Assembly: GCF_964204645.1 (NCBI RefSeq)
Contig: NC_134031.1
Span: 18,359,910 to 18,423,909, forward strand
Direction: 5' to 3'
DNA length: 64,000 nucleotides
Source: Tubulanus polymorphus
Lineage: Eukaryota; Animalia; Nemertea
This document shows, piece by piece, positions 23,526 through 36,046 of this stretch; within the stretch, counting starts at the first letter, position 1, and the number at the start of each line of letters is the position of its first letter. Below the pieces are notes generated by a model, which was not told the DNA's origin, searched no databases, and saw only the letters and a program-made list of their open reading frames with translations. A program made the translations under genes and the position numbers.

Positions 23526-24439
23526 GAACATCGAAAATCGACAGAGAAATCGGCCCTGAAAAATATAACGGATTAGACCCTGAAAAACAGAACGGGTTAA
23601 AGGCTGCAAAATAGAACGGATTAATTAACACGGAACAGTACAGGACAGCACAGAGACGAACAGTATCACGTAAAACATAAAGACGTCGTTCCTCATGAAG
23701 GAACCAGCTTGTAGAGCGCAGCGTCATCGCGAAGAAAAACGCCAGGAGGAGAATCCACGTCAGCATAGTGTCTGCACGGTGTGAAGAGCCTGAGGTGAAT
23801 GACTGGCTTAACGATTCTACTTACTGTCAACCGGTGGCGTATTTCAATATTGACCAATAGGCAGCCGCGCTGTTTGTCTCTTATTGTGAATGGGTTTACT
23901 GAAGTTTGTGGAAGGTGATACACACGCGACGTACCTCTGTAGTACATCCAGCATACAGACCGGGCTCGGCCGGTACCATTGAAATATTGATCTATAGAAA
24001 TATCTCCGAACATTTGAATTGTCGAAGTTACCGCATGATAGAACACAGACGCGACGTCACCTCTACACACACGGCATATGGAATTGAATGGAAGACCTGG
24101 AGGGACATGCCAATATATTTGCTTTTTGCAAATTAATTGCCAGTTTGACATTTTTTAATCCGTCCGCTAGCGCCACCTCAATGGTTTAAAAAGATATTTA
24201 CCCCACATATCACAATAACGTGATATAGCCATTATCAATAATTTAAAGGAACATTTATCTTAGCCAGTAAGGAATGATGATAATAATGGATGTGGCCGGG
24301 GCCACCGGGCTCGAGGAGTCGTATTTCAAGTTTGGGTGAACTGTTGCTTGCTTAGATCATCCAATATCCCAAAAAAGTAACTTGGTTTAGGATTTCGATA
24401 TCTGATGTTCTATTGCTAAGGTTTGCCAATCGTAGAAAG

Positions 24440-24957
24440 ATCTCATATTATGACCATTATTATTATTGGCCATCAGGATTAAGGAACACAGATCAAAGAC
24501 TTCTGCGATTGGACAACATCTCGCAATTTGTCACACTTGTGATCAGGAATTCAGTAACAACAAATTCAAAATTCTAGACAAAGGTTCATCTGATCTCGAC
24601 TGTAAAATTAGGGAGGCCCTGTTTATTAAAGCGCAACGACCCTCTTTAAACCAACAATTATTTCAAAACGGCTCATCCTTTATCCTAAATGTATTCAAAA
24701 AATTAGTTTGTAATTAAATACTTGGTTTGTAATTAGCTTAGAATTTAGCACTTGTAATTTTGTAACTTATGTTGTATATAAACCTGTAGTTTAATCATTT
24801 GATTCACTTGTATTTCACCTGATGAGGGGATATGATCCCGAAAACGTTCGTGTTAATAAACTGTATTTACTCATTAGAAAATGAGGTTTTTAATGTTATC
24901 GCTTCTATGGTTATTCGGATATTTGAACTCTCTTCCTAAGATCTATCTCATATTATG
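24440..24957 (+). mobile_element. 5'-truncated Penelope-like retroelement (GIY-YIG endonuclease C-terminus plus 3' pLTR) with a 13-bp target-site duplication
   Basis: ORF 24466-24717 RIKEH..SAIGQH..FKILDK..KIREALFIK..PSLNQQ is typical of PLE GIY-YIG tails. ATCTCATATTATG is repeated at 24440-24452 and 24945-24957. A hammerhead motif and AATAAA (24855) follow the ORF. Confidence 0.85.
24816..24852 (+). ncRNA. Minimal type I hammerhead ribozyme
   Basis: cac-CTGATGA-ggggatatgatccc-GAAA-acgt-TC-gtg: stem I cac/gtg, intact core, stem II ggg/ccc, palindromic AACGTT stem III, predicted cleavage after UUC (24849). Confidence 0.8.
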
Positions 24958-24994
24958 TTTGACGGACTGCTGAATCGGCTATATCGGCCGCTAT

Positions 24995-25545
24995 GTTCAA
25001 GTTCAAGTTCAAGTTCAAATTTATTTCACAGAAAGCATGACAGGCTATGTACACAGGTTGAGAGAAAACAAACAATAAAATTTACAATTTTTTTAAACAA
25101 AGCACAATTATAAAAAGAGAGAGAGGACAGTAGCTTTCAGTGTGGGCCAAGCAAAGCCTTTAGGCCGCTGTCGCAAGCACCCAGGGAAAAAAACGAAAGG
25201 GAAATGAAGAAACAAAGGGGAAGGAAATGAAAGTTGATGATTTTTGATAATTTCAGGAGAGTTTATATGAGTAAGCTAGAGGGTTCAGGAGAGTGAGCAA
25301 TTATAACAATTAGGGTTATTACATTGATGGATATCATTGTAGGCGGAGGTGAGATATGGTCTGAGTTTACGTTTTAAATTTTGTTTGCTTGTTTGTAGGA
25401 TGTCATTGGAAAAAGGTAGTTTTTGCCAGATGTTTGAAAGAATGTTTTGAGGTGAATTTTGAGGCGGGGTTGGTGGTGTTTGTTTTGAAAATGAGGAATA
25501 TGCGTGGTCTAAATATATGCTTTTTACCTCCGAGAAGTAATGCAC
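24995..25545 (-). mobile_element. 3' end of a CR1/L2-group LINE with (TTGAAC)n tail
   Basis: ORF remnant ending NIWQKLP..LKRKLRPYL..CNNPNCYNC, followed on the minus strand by a 3' UTR, AATAAA and four TTGAAC repeats (24995-25018). Lies tail-to-tail with the Penelope-like element. Confidence 0.7.
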
Positions 25546-25730
25546 TATATCAGGGGCCGCCGTGAATCAGACGTGTGGCCGCGGCCGGGACCCTAGCTTG
25601 AGCCGTGTTTTAGACGCTACCGGCGTTGCCAGTGTTTACATTTCCGGGTTTTGACGTTTCCGTTTTGCAGCATTCGAGTATTTCTTATTCTAATTAACAA
25701 TAAAATACTGAAATTAAGTGATAGATAATA

Positions 25731-28700
25731 ATGTCAGGCGAGTCGGAATCATCTTACCGGGTGAGAAACTGTTCATATTTGGAAATAAGAATTCTATAGA
25801 TTCTCGTAAAGGTTCAAAACCGATAAAGATAAGTCATTCTCGCTGACGACATGGACGAGATGTCAAATTCAACTTCAATTCACAAGTTTGTTAATCTTGT
25901 TCTTTTTAGGCTTCTTTTTACGAAGGCCTTGTGTAAATGTCCTTGTTTTTTTCTAGATGCTTCAGCGTCTCGGTAAAGGTGCCCAAGGAGCCGTTTATTT
26001 GGTCGAACATAAGGAGGAGGGGAAACAGTATGTTCTCAAAAAGGTAGTTGATCTAGTCTTTAATCTGGTTTTATTTTGTCTTTAAATTGTTAGCTTTAAA
26101 GCCTCGGGGCTCGTATCAGAGTTGTAGGTAATTTAAAAACGATAATCTGTTAATCCAATGTATAAAGTATATATAAAATAAGTTATTTTATAAATACTAT
26201 ATACATTGGATTAACAGATGAGTATGAGCCCCTGTGCTTTAAAGCTAAAGCTGAATAGTTGCATAGGAGATTATTAGACACTTTTACCCAGATACCTATG
26301 AATTGAGTCATTTAAATATCTATTAGACTGAAATTATGAGACCGGTGCAAATTTGAAATATATAAGTACTTCACAAGATAAGCTCACTTGGCATTGAACC
26401 CAATAATTTACGAAGTAGGGATTTTTTCTCTTGACTATTATTGATTAGATTACTCATGGTTTTATGTGATTCAAGGGATATACGGCACTGATAATCATCT
26501 CATTAAACCATTCGAAAAAAGTTTGTCTGGGTCCAAAGACGTCATAACATTCTCTTCGTGAAATCAATTGAAAAGGTTATTGGGGGCTTAAAATTGAGAA
26601 CTGTGAGAGTGGGTTCTGACATTGACTGCTTAGTCTGCCCAAAGAATCAATGTTATAGATTTCCCAGCAACATTTCCCCACCCAAAGGGTCTTATACAAA
26701 GGGCTTTGGGAGAGGATATGACCTGCCTTTTGTGTGGAGTGTCTGAGGGTACAATCAACCACCTCATCTGACTCTCAACTGGGTCTTGAAACTATCTTTA
26801 AAATCCATTGTAACGAAAGGGCATCAGTATCGTCAAGTACCCGTGCCTGGGCCACGGCAGCCATATGTACAAACGTTCAAGTTCAAGTTGATTTAGATAT
26901 TTTGAATTTGGTTTTTTTAAGGTTGAATGTCGAGATGAAAGTGAAGCGAACAAAGCGTTCAAAGAGGTATTTATTGATTTATAGCATTTTATCCTGACCA
27001 AATCATTTCTTGATTCCTGGGTTTTAGAAAAACTAACCCCAACTCCAAAATTAAAGAGTCATATTTTCATTCAGAACTGCATAAAAAAAGGTTTCAACGT
27101 ACAAAACTGAATTCTGAAGGGATCAAATAAATGTTGTAATTGTATATTTTTGATTTTGGATGTCGTTTTGATTTCAGGCAGTTGCTTTAGCGAAGTTGCA
27201 GCATGTATATATTTGTGGTTATAAAGAGTTCTATGTGATGTGGGATAAAGATGAATGCGCGATGTATGTGTGTATTATAATGGAATATTATAAACACGGT
27301 GACCTCGATAAAATACTCAAACAGAAAAGAAAAGAGCGAACTCCAATTGAAGAAATCGTAAGTTTACAGTCACATGGCGGTCACATTCACAGGATACTTT
27401 CAGATCTGAGAATCAAAAATTGATATTTCACAGGCCCTTGACTGAACATTCCCCGATTTAATTGATTTAAGATATTCTCAGGGCTGTTTCTTATCAAGAG
27501 GTTCCTTATGCAACTCATCTCACCACAGTGAGAACAACAAGACATCAAAAATTCAAATTCCCTGATTTAAAAGATGATTCAGAATTCCCTCATTTTCCCT
27601 GCAGAAAAAAATGAATCCAGAATGCCTTGGTTATTTTCCCTGATCTATAAGAACCCCGCTTTCAAGATCAAATATCTGGTTCCTGTTTTACGAAAAAAGA
27701 TAAACTAAAATTTTTGGTACGGTTTTTGTTGGTCACCGTACTTCACATTATCAATGAGGACTACCATTTGAACTTAACTGTGTAAACTTTTGCGTGAAAT
27801 TGGACCCAAATGTCATAAACTTAAGAACTGAAAAGTTCAAAATCTGTTATAAAACTATTCATGTATTTTATTGTAGATTATAAAAAAGTGGTTGGGTCAA
27901 ATGGTCGAAGCTTTGCTGTTTATTCATCATGAGAAAGTCATTCACAGGTAAGGTATTCAAACACGCCCCCCCACTTACACACCAAATGTTTAACTCTAAA
28001 TAATCTTTATGATTTCTTCACTAATTGACATAATATTAAATAAATTTTTGAGGGTTAGAATCTTCTTTGTGAAACTGGGTTCTGGCCTTGTTAGAATTAC
28101 AAATAGAATGTTTCGACACTGTTTAACTGGCAAACTGGCTTACCCGTCAGATCAGTAACAGTAGCGGCAATAGATTCCTCTATTTAGTTTTGCTTGTATT
28201 CAGGAATTAGAAAATAAAAAGGGTCGAGGTTTTATCTGATCGATTGAAAGTGTTGTTTATGATATTATTTCAGGGATCTGAAACCGAGTAATATTTTCAT
28301 GCAAGAAGATTTGAGTATATCGCTGGGCGATTTCGGCGTCGCCACGGTAATGGATGATAGTCGCACTAAAACGCGTACGGCGATCGGGTCGATGAACTGG
28401 ATGGCTCCGGAGGTGATGGAGCGACCCTACGACGAGCGCAGCGATGTCTGGTCTCTCGGGTGTATCATTCTGGAGATGACGACGTGCGGTTTCCTGGACA
28501 CGAATCACATGATGAGTAAACTGTTCGAGTTGAAGTCGAGTCAGGAAGTTCTCGAGGAAACATTGCAGGAAGTTTCGAAGACGTATTCGGTCGAGTTGGT
28601 GTCGGTAATTCGGGCGATGCTTCGTCGTAACTTCAAACAAAGACCGTCATCGGAGTAAGAGAATTGTGGATAACTGTGGAACTAGGATTCAGTTTAACCC

Positions 28701-31700
28701 TTTGGGGTCATTCATTTATTACGTACGCATTAGGGGAGGGGTCAGGGCAATTGCGTACTGTTATGCTTAATGTATATTTACAAATTTTATGCATACGTAA
28801 TAAATGAATGATCCCTTTAATGGCTAACAGTTCTCCACCTTGAACCCAGTTCCATAGTTTTGAGTTTAATACGACTGTACCATTAAAGTAAAATGAATTC
28901 GGCTTCATTTTTCAGAGAATTGGTTGAATTCCCGTATGTGAAAGACTGTCTCGCTTTGAGTGGGTCAGCACTGGCTGAACAACGCAAAAAGAGTCTCGGA
29001 AAAGGAACTGGGGGTAAGTGTTGAATTACACTGAACTACTACCAGTAGAATTGATGAGAGACCAGTGAAAGATTGACTGTTACTGATATGATTGATGAGA
29101 GGCACCTTTCTAAACTGTAATTCTTTGATGTATTGTTGTTTTAGGTCCCGTACCTAGAGGAAGTGGTGTAGCGGCCATTATTAAATACCTCGAGACCGAA
29201 CGCGGCCATGAGTCGTGCGTAAAAGACGGTCTGGAATATCTGTACGAACTTTCGAACAACGCTCCGTTAAATATTGATAACAGCGGGAAAATACTGATCG
29301 CGAATTTAATGAAAGAGAATATCGCGAGTAAAGACATTTTAGTGAGCGGGTGTAATGTGTTACAATCAATGGTTCCTGCAGGTAATCAACTCATTTCAAT
29401 CCAGTTCGATCCAGTTCCACAGAACTTCAAACCAGTTCAATCCAGTTCCACAGATTTTATTTCAATCGAAAATATTATCGTTTGTTTTCTTTGCAGCGAG
29501 TGAAAACGATGCATTATTCTCAGATGAAATTGTTTTAGTCGTGATTCAAGCCATGAAGGTCAGTTGACTGTCAGTTACAATGTACTCTCTTTCCCTGTGA
29601 TGATCATGGTCAAGCCTTTCTTAACAGGTTGGCCACTTCGCTGAAAATCATGGAAAAAATCAGGGAATTTTCTTTAAAAAGTCAGTGGATGGTCAGGGAA
29701 TTTTGTAAAAAAAAAAACTGAAAAAATTTGGGAAAATTCAGGAAAATTTGTTGACGTTTGATCGCGTGTAAAATCAAACAGTTTCCGTCTATGTCTTTTG
29801 TATTGGACTGTGTTGAATTGATTTGATTCTTAAATTCAGAGAAAACAACGTGCAAGTCAGATAAAAGTGGCCACCCTGCTTTAAACTAGTCCCTGACAGT
29901 AGTTTTCACTTAGATGATTTGATATTTCAGGCTCATGGAGGTTCACTGCGCGTTCAGATGGCTGGAGCTGCTCTTTTAGTGGAAGAAGCTGCTAATGGTA
30001 ATGTATAAACTACCCAGTGGCAGATTTATGGGGTGTGGTGTTGGGGTCCGGACCCCTGTCTTTCCACTGAGTTTGCACTTTCAACAAGACAAAGATTGTT
30101 AAAACCTGCACATTTGACACACATCCTCTCAGAAATTGCATATTTTCAGATGTTTTTCTTTCAAAGATATCTAACATGGAGGATGGGACTAGGCTTATAG
30201 CCTATGATGCCCTGCTTTATGTGAATAATTCCTCTTAACTCACAACTGTGGAACTGGATTCTGAGTTCAGAGTTAACTCTGACTCACAACTGTGGGACTG
30301 GATCCTGGGGTTATTCAACGAGTATCAAATATTTGTATGACCACACTGATCTCAACTTCGATGACTTTGGAAGAAAAGGAATGGTTTGCATCGGGAACTT
30401 CAGAATCTGAAGCCAGTGAAGACTGATTATAACAATCCTATGATGTTTTGGTTCACCTATCATAAATACTGTTGCTTATTAAACTTATTGGATCTTCAGT
30501 TCAGAGTTAATCACTATATTACACTCCCAACTGTAGAACTGGATCCAGTGTAACAAATTTTCATGCAAAATCTTCAGTCTAAATTGATTTCTGTTTCGTA
30601 ATGTCTCTCATTACTGTTTTCGTTATAGATGAGAGCTGCAGCCCAACAGCACTAGGGGGCGCTGTAGGTGTTATTCTGGACGCGATGAGAACGTTCACTA
30701 AGGAAACGACATTGTTGTTATCGTGTACTGGTGCTCTACTCAGTTTATCCATCAATGGTTCGTTTGAAAAAAAAACAAGAAACATGTTTTATATAGCCCA
30801 CTTGATTTAGAAATAAAGAACCCAGTTCCGATGTTCAGGGTTCTCACACAGATCAGGGAAAAGTCTATTTTACTCGGTGTCCTGTTGTTCTTGCTGATGA
30901 TGAGCGACACAAGGAACTTCTTGATAAGAAACGGCCCTTACTGACAAATATCTTACATCTTATCAGGGAATTTTAGTCAAGGGTCATGAAAATTCATTAA
31001 ACTATCAGGGAAGTTTGATTCCCTGATCTGTAAGAACCGTGAATGTTGTCTGTTCAAATTCATCTTAAATGATAAGTTTCTATTTTCTGAACGGCGCAGC
31101 AGTGAATGTGGTTCATCGTATTTTCAGAGAATACTTGTAAACTGGTAACAACAGAGAAAGGAATGCAGGATGTTTGTAACTGTATGGATTTACATAAAAC
31201 CAACCCGGAATTAGTTGCGTCTGCTGCTAAAGTGATAGCTCCATTATTGATCGATGGTGAGTGGACCCCTCCTCATCTCATCTCACATCATCTCCCCTCA
31301 CTTTGAAAATTTATGTGGTATATTTTGATTCAAAATGTTCAAAACTTGTGAGTCTACTGCTTATTCAGAAACGTGTTTCACATTTTCATTGACTCAAAAA
31401 CAAAAAGTGGCCACCCTGTATCGCCAGAACTAGTCAGATATTTAATCATCAGGTTCGGACTGATGATAAGAGTGCTGTTTGTTTCTATATTTTTTAGATG
31501 ATAATCTGCAGTTAGCGAAGAAGTTGGATTTAGTTCCGTTGTTGATTGAAGCGATTCACAATCATTTCAAAGAGGCAGATGTCGTAGAAGCTGCTTGCAT
31601 GGCGTTAACCGATCTTATTTACGCCGATGGTTCGTGTCTAAAACAAGTTTCTCAAAATTGTAAACCTGACTGTGACTACCATTTGAGAGTAGTTCTACCT

Positions 31701-33126
31701 TTTCTAAGATCTCTACCACTGATCCTAGAAATATTAAAAAACTTTCAAAATCAGTATAGGTTCTAGTTCAGTTTCAATCATATAACTATTTCTGATTTTA
31801 AATGACTCTCATTTTGTTGTGAAAACTACTAAAATTAGGAGATATCAGGTAGTCTGAGAGTTTACCTATAACTGACACAATCTCAATTGCCAATTCCTTT
31901 TTGGGGGAACTAGTTGGTGTGTGTGTGTGAGATTGAGGTTGACTCATTATTTTGGCAAATGAGGCAGCAAATCTTACTATAAAATACCAATCGATTATAC
32001 CGGTATTCAGTTACTCTTTCTTGCACCAGGGGCTGCAGTTGCTCAAATAAAGACAACCGTTGGATTAATACCATAGTGACAATGAACTTTAAATCGTCAC
32101 TATGTGAACTATCCACTGGTTAACTCTAACTGTTAACTCTTGAGCAACTGCAGCCCCAGAGTGTTAACCTGTATTATAATATTAGAGGTTGATGTTGTAT
32201 ATTGTGTATTGTAGAGGAACATGCGTATCTGGTATTGAACTGTAGTCGCAGTCACGCGTACTATGACGGAATATTTGAAATATTGAAAGCATACAACGAA
32301 CACAAGGACAACGTGAAAGTGATTGAGAATATCGTGACGGTCATCATGGAACTCGCTGAATACGGTAAAACACATGTCTGCCTACATGATATCCCCCTAT
32401 GACATCATCAACTTGTCTAGAAATGATAAAGAAACTTCCAGAAATGAAATCTCTCTATGACATAATCGAATTACCTATTTTATGATTTGATCCTGACACT
32501 TCCAGAAAAGCTGTCTGCCTCCATAAATTACCTATGACTTCAAAGTTCCAAGTTCTTTAGAACTGATTATTTTGTCTTGTTATGTTTCAGTTGATATCAA
32601 AGAAGAGTTGAAATCTCAAAATGTTGTCAGTTTACTGAATCAAATAAAAGGATCGTTTACTCAAAACAAGGTGAATATAGAACTTACTCTCTGTGTTACT
32701 GATCAATAACTGAGTGTGAGGGGTCGGCATTATTCCAGCGAGTCCGGCATCCTGTCAACAGTTGTCGGTTCATTTTGACTCTATAGCCTACATGGTTCAT
32801 ACAGATCAGGGCAAACCGGGAAATTCTGACTCTTTTCTTGCAAATCACGGTAATTTGAATTTTTGTTTTGCTTGCTGGTGACGAGTGGCATTAGGAAATT
32901 CTTGAAAGGGAACAGCCCCCACTGAGTTTATCTATATAGGAATTTTCGGTCAAGGGTCAGGGAAATATCGGGGAATTTTGGATTCCCTGATCTGTAAGAA
33001 TCCTGCTAGAGAGTAAATTTCAGATGTGATGTAGATTTCTACAGTTTCTACGTTGATGTTTTTCAGGATATAATGAACCCGTGCACTCAGGCTTTGCAGC
33101 TACTGGGTGCGGCTACTAAACGATAG
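25731..33126 (+). CDS. STKLD1: STKLD1 (SgK071)-like Ser/Thr kinase with C-terminal armadillo-like repeats, 645 aa
   Basis: Sixteen exons: 25731-25760, 25957-26043, 26922-26966, 27178-27357, 27877-27947, 28274-28654, 28916-29013, 29145-29381, 29497-29558, 29931-29997, 30629-30757, 31128-31256, 31498-31629, 32215-32364, 32591-32670, 33067-33126 (1938 nt, open frame). Motifs GKGAQG, VLKKVEC, HRDLKPSN, DFG, WMAPE, SDVWSLGCIILEMTTCGF, then ~43-aa helical repeat exons. The symbol rests on recalled similarity to vertebrate STKLD1. Confidence 0.88.
26105..26236. mobile_element. MITE, same family as 4612-4812
   Basis: ggggctcgtatcagagttgtagg..ctgttaatccaatgtata and tatacattggattaacagat..atgagcccctgtg. 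Confidence 0.7.
30836..31041. mobile_element. ~200-bp MITE family with CAGGG termini (hAT-like)
   Basis: cagggttctcacacagatcagggaa ... ttccctgatctgtaagaacc. Related copies at about 11032-11230, 32792-33005 and 33777-33967, with diverged ones at 27478-27658 and 29625-29878. Confidence 0.75.
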
Positions 33127-34118
33127 TCATCAACAATTCATCGCCGTGGCGATAGATGTGGCGATTGACGAGCTCATGCTATTCGAAATGGCCAAAGGAA
33201 GATTGTAAAAAGAATCGGTAGTTTAGTTGTAAAAAGTTTAGCTGTGGATTCAGCAGAAAAATTAGGCAATCATGATGTCTATAATAGGAATTTACTGCTC
33301 AACAGAAAAGTGAATTGTTTGTACTTCTAGAAGTACGCACATTGGAGTAATGATCGTATCTTTCTTTGAGGGGGTCTGGATCCACTTTCGTAGAAATGTA
33401 ATTGTTTTTTTTTGGTGATTTTATGAATCGAATCTGTGATAATTATTTCTTATTTCCGGTGATGTTCTGGTGTTATTTCTATTATTTATTATAATATACA
33501 TGTACTATTTTAAACACAGTTCATCGAAACCAGAAACTAAATCCAGTTCCACATTACCTATCATACTGTGGCGCTTGATTCAGCCGATGAGAGCCATATT
33601 AACTTGTATTTGCCATACCAGTCATTCCCCTCCTTTCTGTTACAGTGGGAAATTGTACAAAAACGTGTCAAACAATTATTACCAGAAGCTTTATTCTGTA
33701 GAGTCAAAAATTTTGTTTGCCAAATATTCTGTTGATAATTTAATGTGATATTTACGAGTAAATTCTAGACGTTTTGCAGGGTTCTTACAGATCAGGAAAA
33801 TCAGAGAATTCTGACTTTTTGGCGTCTTGTTCTTGCTGGTGACGAGTGGCACAAAGAACCTCTTGATAAGTAACAGCCCCCACTTAAAGTTCAATCCAGG
33901 GAAGTTTTGGTCGAGGGTCTGGGAAATAATCAGAGAATTTTGGATTTCCTGATCTGTAAGAATCCTGCAGTTTTAAAATCATCGATATACATAAACAATG
34001 AATGAATGATTTCCGTCCAATATTGATTTTATTCAATACATGTTCAATATTATATACAAAATGTTTAGAAAATTGATTTTTAAATATATACAAGTTCAAA
34101 ACGAAGAGTTTCCAATTG

Positions 34119-36046
34119 TTAAGTTTTTTCATCATTCGCGTCATCTTTATCAGAGGACGACTCCTCTTCACTTTCATCGTCACTTTCCTCGGATTCAGAG
34201 TCTTCTTCGCCTATGAAAAAATATTTGTATTGCAGTTTACAAAAGTGACTCGGCCGATTAGGAGAAACAAGGTATCATTTTTAGCCTTATCTCAAGCATT
34301 TTAGGATATGCAACTACATGTATCAACATTTAACATTTTCTCCATCATACTCACTGGTATCGGTATCTGATACTGATTGGTTTGATTTCTGATACCTCGC
34401 GGCTGTTTCGTGAAGGCACACATGAAATGTCGGATACTCGATTATCACTTTATCTTTCAGATTCTCGAGAACAGATTGTTTTAAACTGATCGAGTGATAG
34501 CTGAAATAAAAACATGATACAAATTAATCACAAACTGAATCAATTAGGAATTCAAACTGATTTGAAATATTGTCTTTCATACTTGGCAGCGACAGGTCCG
34601 GCTTTAACAACTTCTCCTTGTTCAGCTTTAAGAAACGCAACCCAGTTCTCCATTGGAACGTCTAGCATTGGTTTCAACTTGTATCGAATGACAGGATCGA
34701 ACTTCTCCGAATCCAGTTCATCTCTCAATACCGACATCAGATCCCTGTTTCCTTTTACCCTGTAATCAAAAAACCAATCGGATTCAAATATCCTGAGAAT
34801 ATCACAAAACTCGATTCGGGCTAGACTAGGAACTGCTAGAGAATACTACCAGTATTTAAAAACTGACCTGTTCTGTGTAATTGTGACATCGACATCTACA
34901 AATTTCCATTCTATAAACCACAGAAGTTCGGTTTTACCCCTAAAAATAATCAAGTATCCGGCATTAGATCTAGAATTGAAGGAATGAATTCGATTTCTGA
35001 TTGTGTTGGACTTACAACACAAAAAGTCGATTTTTTCTACGCTTTGTCGAATCTTTCGGCATAAATTTCAACGTAATTTTCTCATCTTTCGCTATTTTGA
35101 ATATCTTCTTTTGCTGAAAGAAAAAGCGCATATAAACAACTAACAAAATCCAGTGGAAAAACGAGAGTTATTTGATAATAATACTTCAGTATACTCGGGT
35201 CAACTCAGTGAGATAATTGAGCGGAGTCGACTTACAAATTTATTGAGGTTGTTGTTTTTCTTATGTTTATAATCTCTTTTCGCGATATCGACAACTCGGT
35301 CGACCTCTTCTAGAAAACGATAATCTGAATATAGAAAATTAAAACATTATCAAAGGCTAGAGATATTTATTATCTTAAGAGACTCGGTTATACAGCGGTA
35401 GGCCCAGCATCTTAATTAACCATATTTTTGACAATTACTCCCCACCCTTTCTCTACCCTTCTCTATCTCCCCCTCCCTCCTCTCACCCCTTCACTCCCCC
35501 TCCTCTCACCATTTCTCTCTCCTAAGCTCCTATGTTATCTATAACTCACCACTCAAAAGTTGTAAATCATCAAATTTAGCCATTTTAACGTAAGCTGTTT
35601 TATCCCTGCGACCGGTACAGTTCGTCTGTTCTTTATGTTTCTTCACACATTGTAATGAACACGATTTCTTTCTACATCCGGGACACGTATATTTGTGATG
35701 ATTCTCCAGACAAACTTCACAACTTCATCAATTAAAACAAGTGAGATACATCAATAATTACAGCTTGGAAAGCGTAAAGCTTTTAATCAGATGAAACTAA
35801 ACCACATGAAGGTAACTAACTAATGTCCATTTCAATGAAGACAGGTATGTACTTCCTTAACTGACTGAGCTAGGCCACCGATGTCCTTTCGGGCAAAGTT
35901 GAAATAGACATTAGAAATGTGCTCACGCATGGGTCGGCACACGGTGCAATATATTGAATTTAATTGATGTTTTCAATCGAGTTCTGTCGTTAAGTGAAAT
36001 ATAAAATCCAGCAGGTGACTGAAACTGACCTCTTATGATTCTCCAT
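34119..36046 (-). CDS. ZNHIT6: Box C/D snoRNP assembly factor BCD1 (zinc finger HIT domain protein 6), 287 aa
   Basis: Exons 36046-36030, 35722-35550, 35324-35236, 35113-35016, 34939-34868, 34759-34583, 34500-34355, 34210-34119 (864 nt). zf-HIT CEVC..YTCPGC..SCSLQCVKKHK..C, then LLSDYRFLEEV, LKFMPK..KRRKN, LWFIEWKF, NLKDKVIIEYPTFHV and an acidic tail. The short first exon is the least certain. Confidence 0.92.

Larger units (their letters stand above)
20270..23620 (-). ncRNA. Putative multi-exon long non-coding RNA
   Basis: Minus-strand pyrimidine-rich TTTCAG acceptors and GT donors define exons 22708-22637, 22557-22466, 22387-22307, 22227-22002 and a terminal exon from 20924 toward AATAAA at 20275-20270. 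The joined exons stop early in all frames. The 5' end is not defined. Confidence 0.5.

Noticed and set aside
23350-24151. ORFs of 138 and 152 aa on the minus strand
   Set aside because: No recognisable domain, non-ATG or weak starts, and the 138-aa ORF runs through a 24-bp repeat and a LINE remnant.
30355-30415. Possible box C/D snoRNA (GATGA...CTGA) in a kinase intron
   Set aside because: Box C is non-consensus, the terminal stem is minimal, and no rRNA guide was recognised.
35815-35832. Alternative ZNHIT6 start ATGGACATT
   Set aside because: The good donor is in the wrong phase; the exon at 36046-36030 fits the phase and has a stronger donor.
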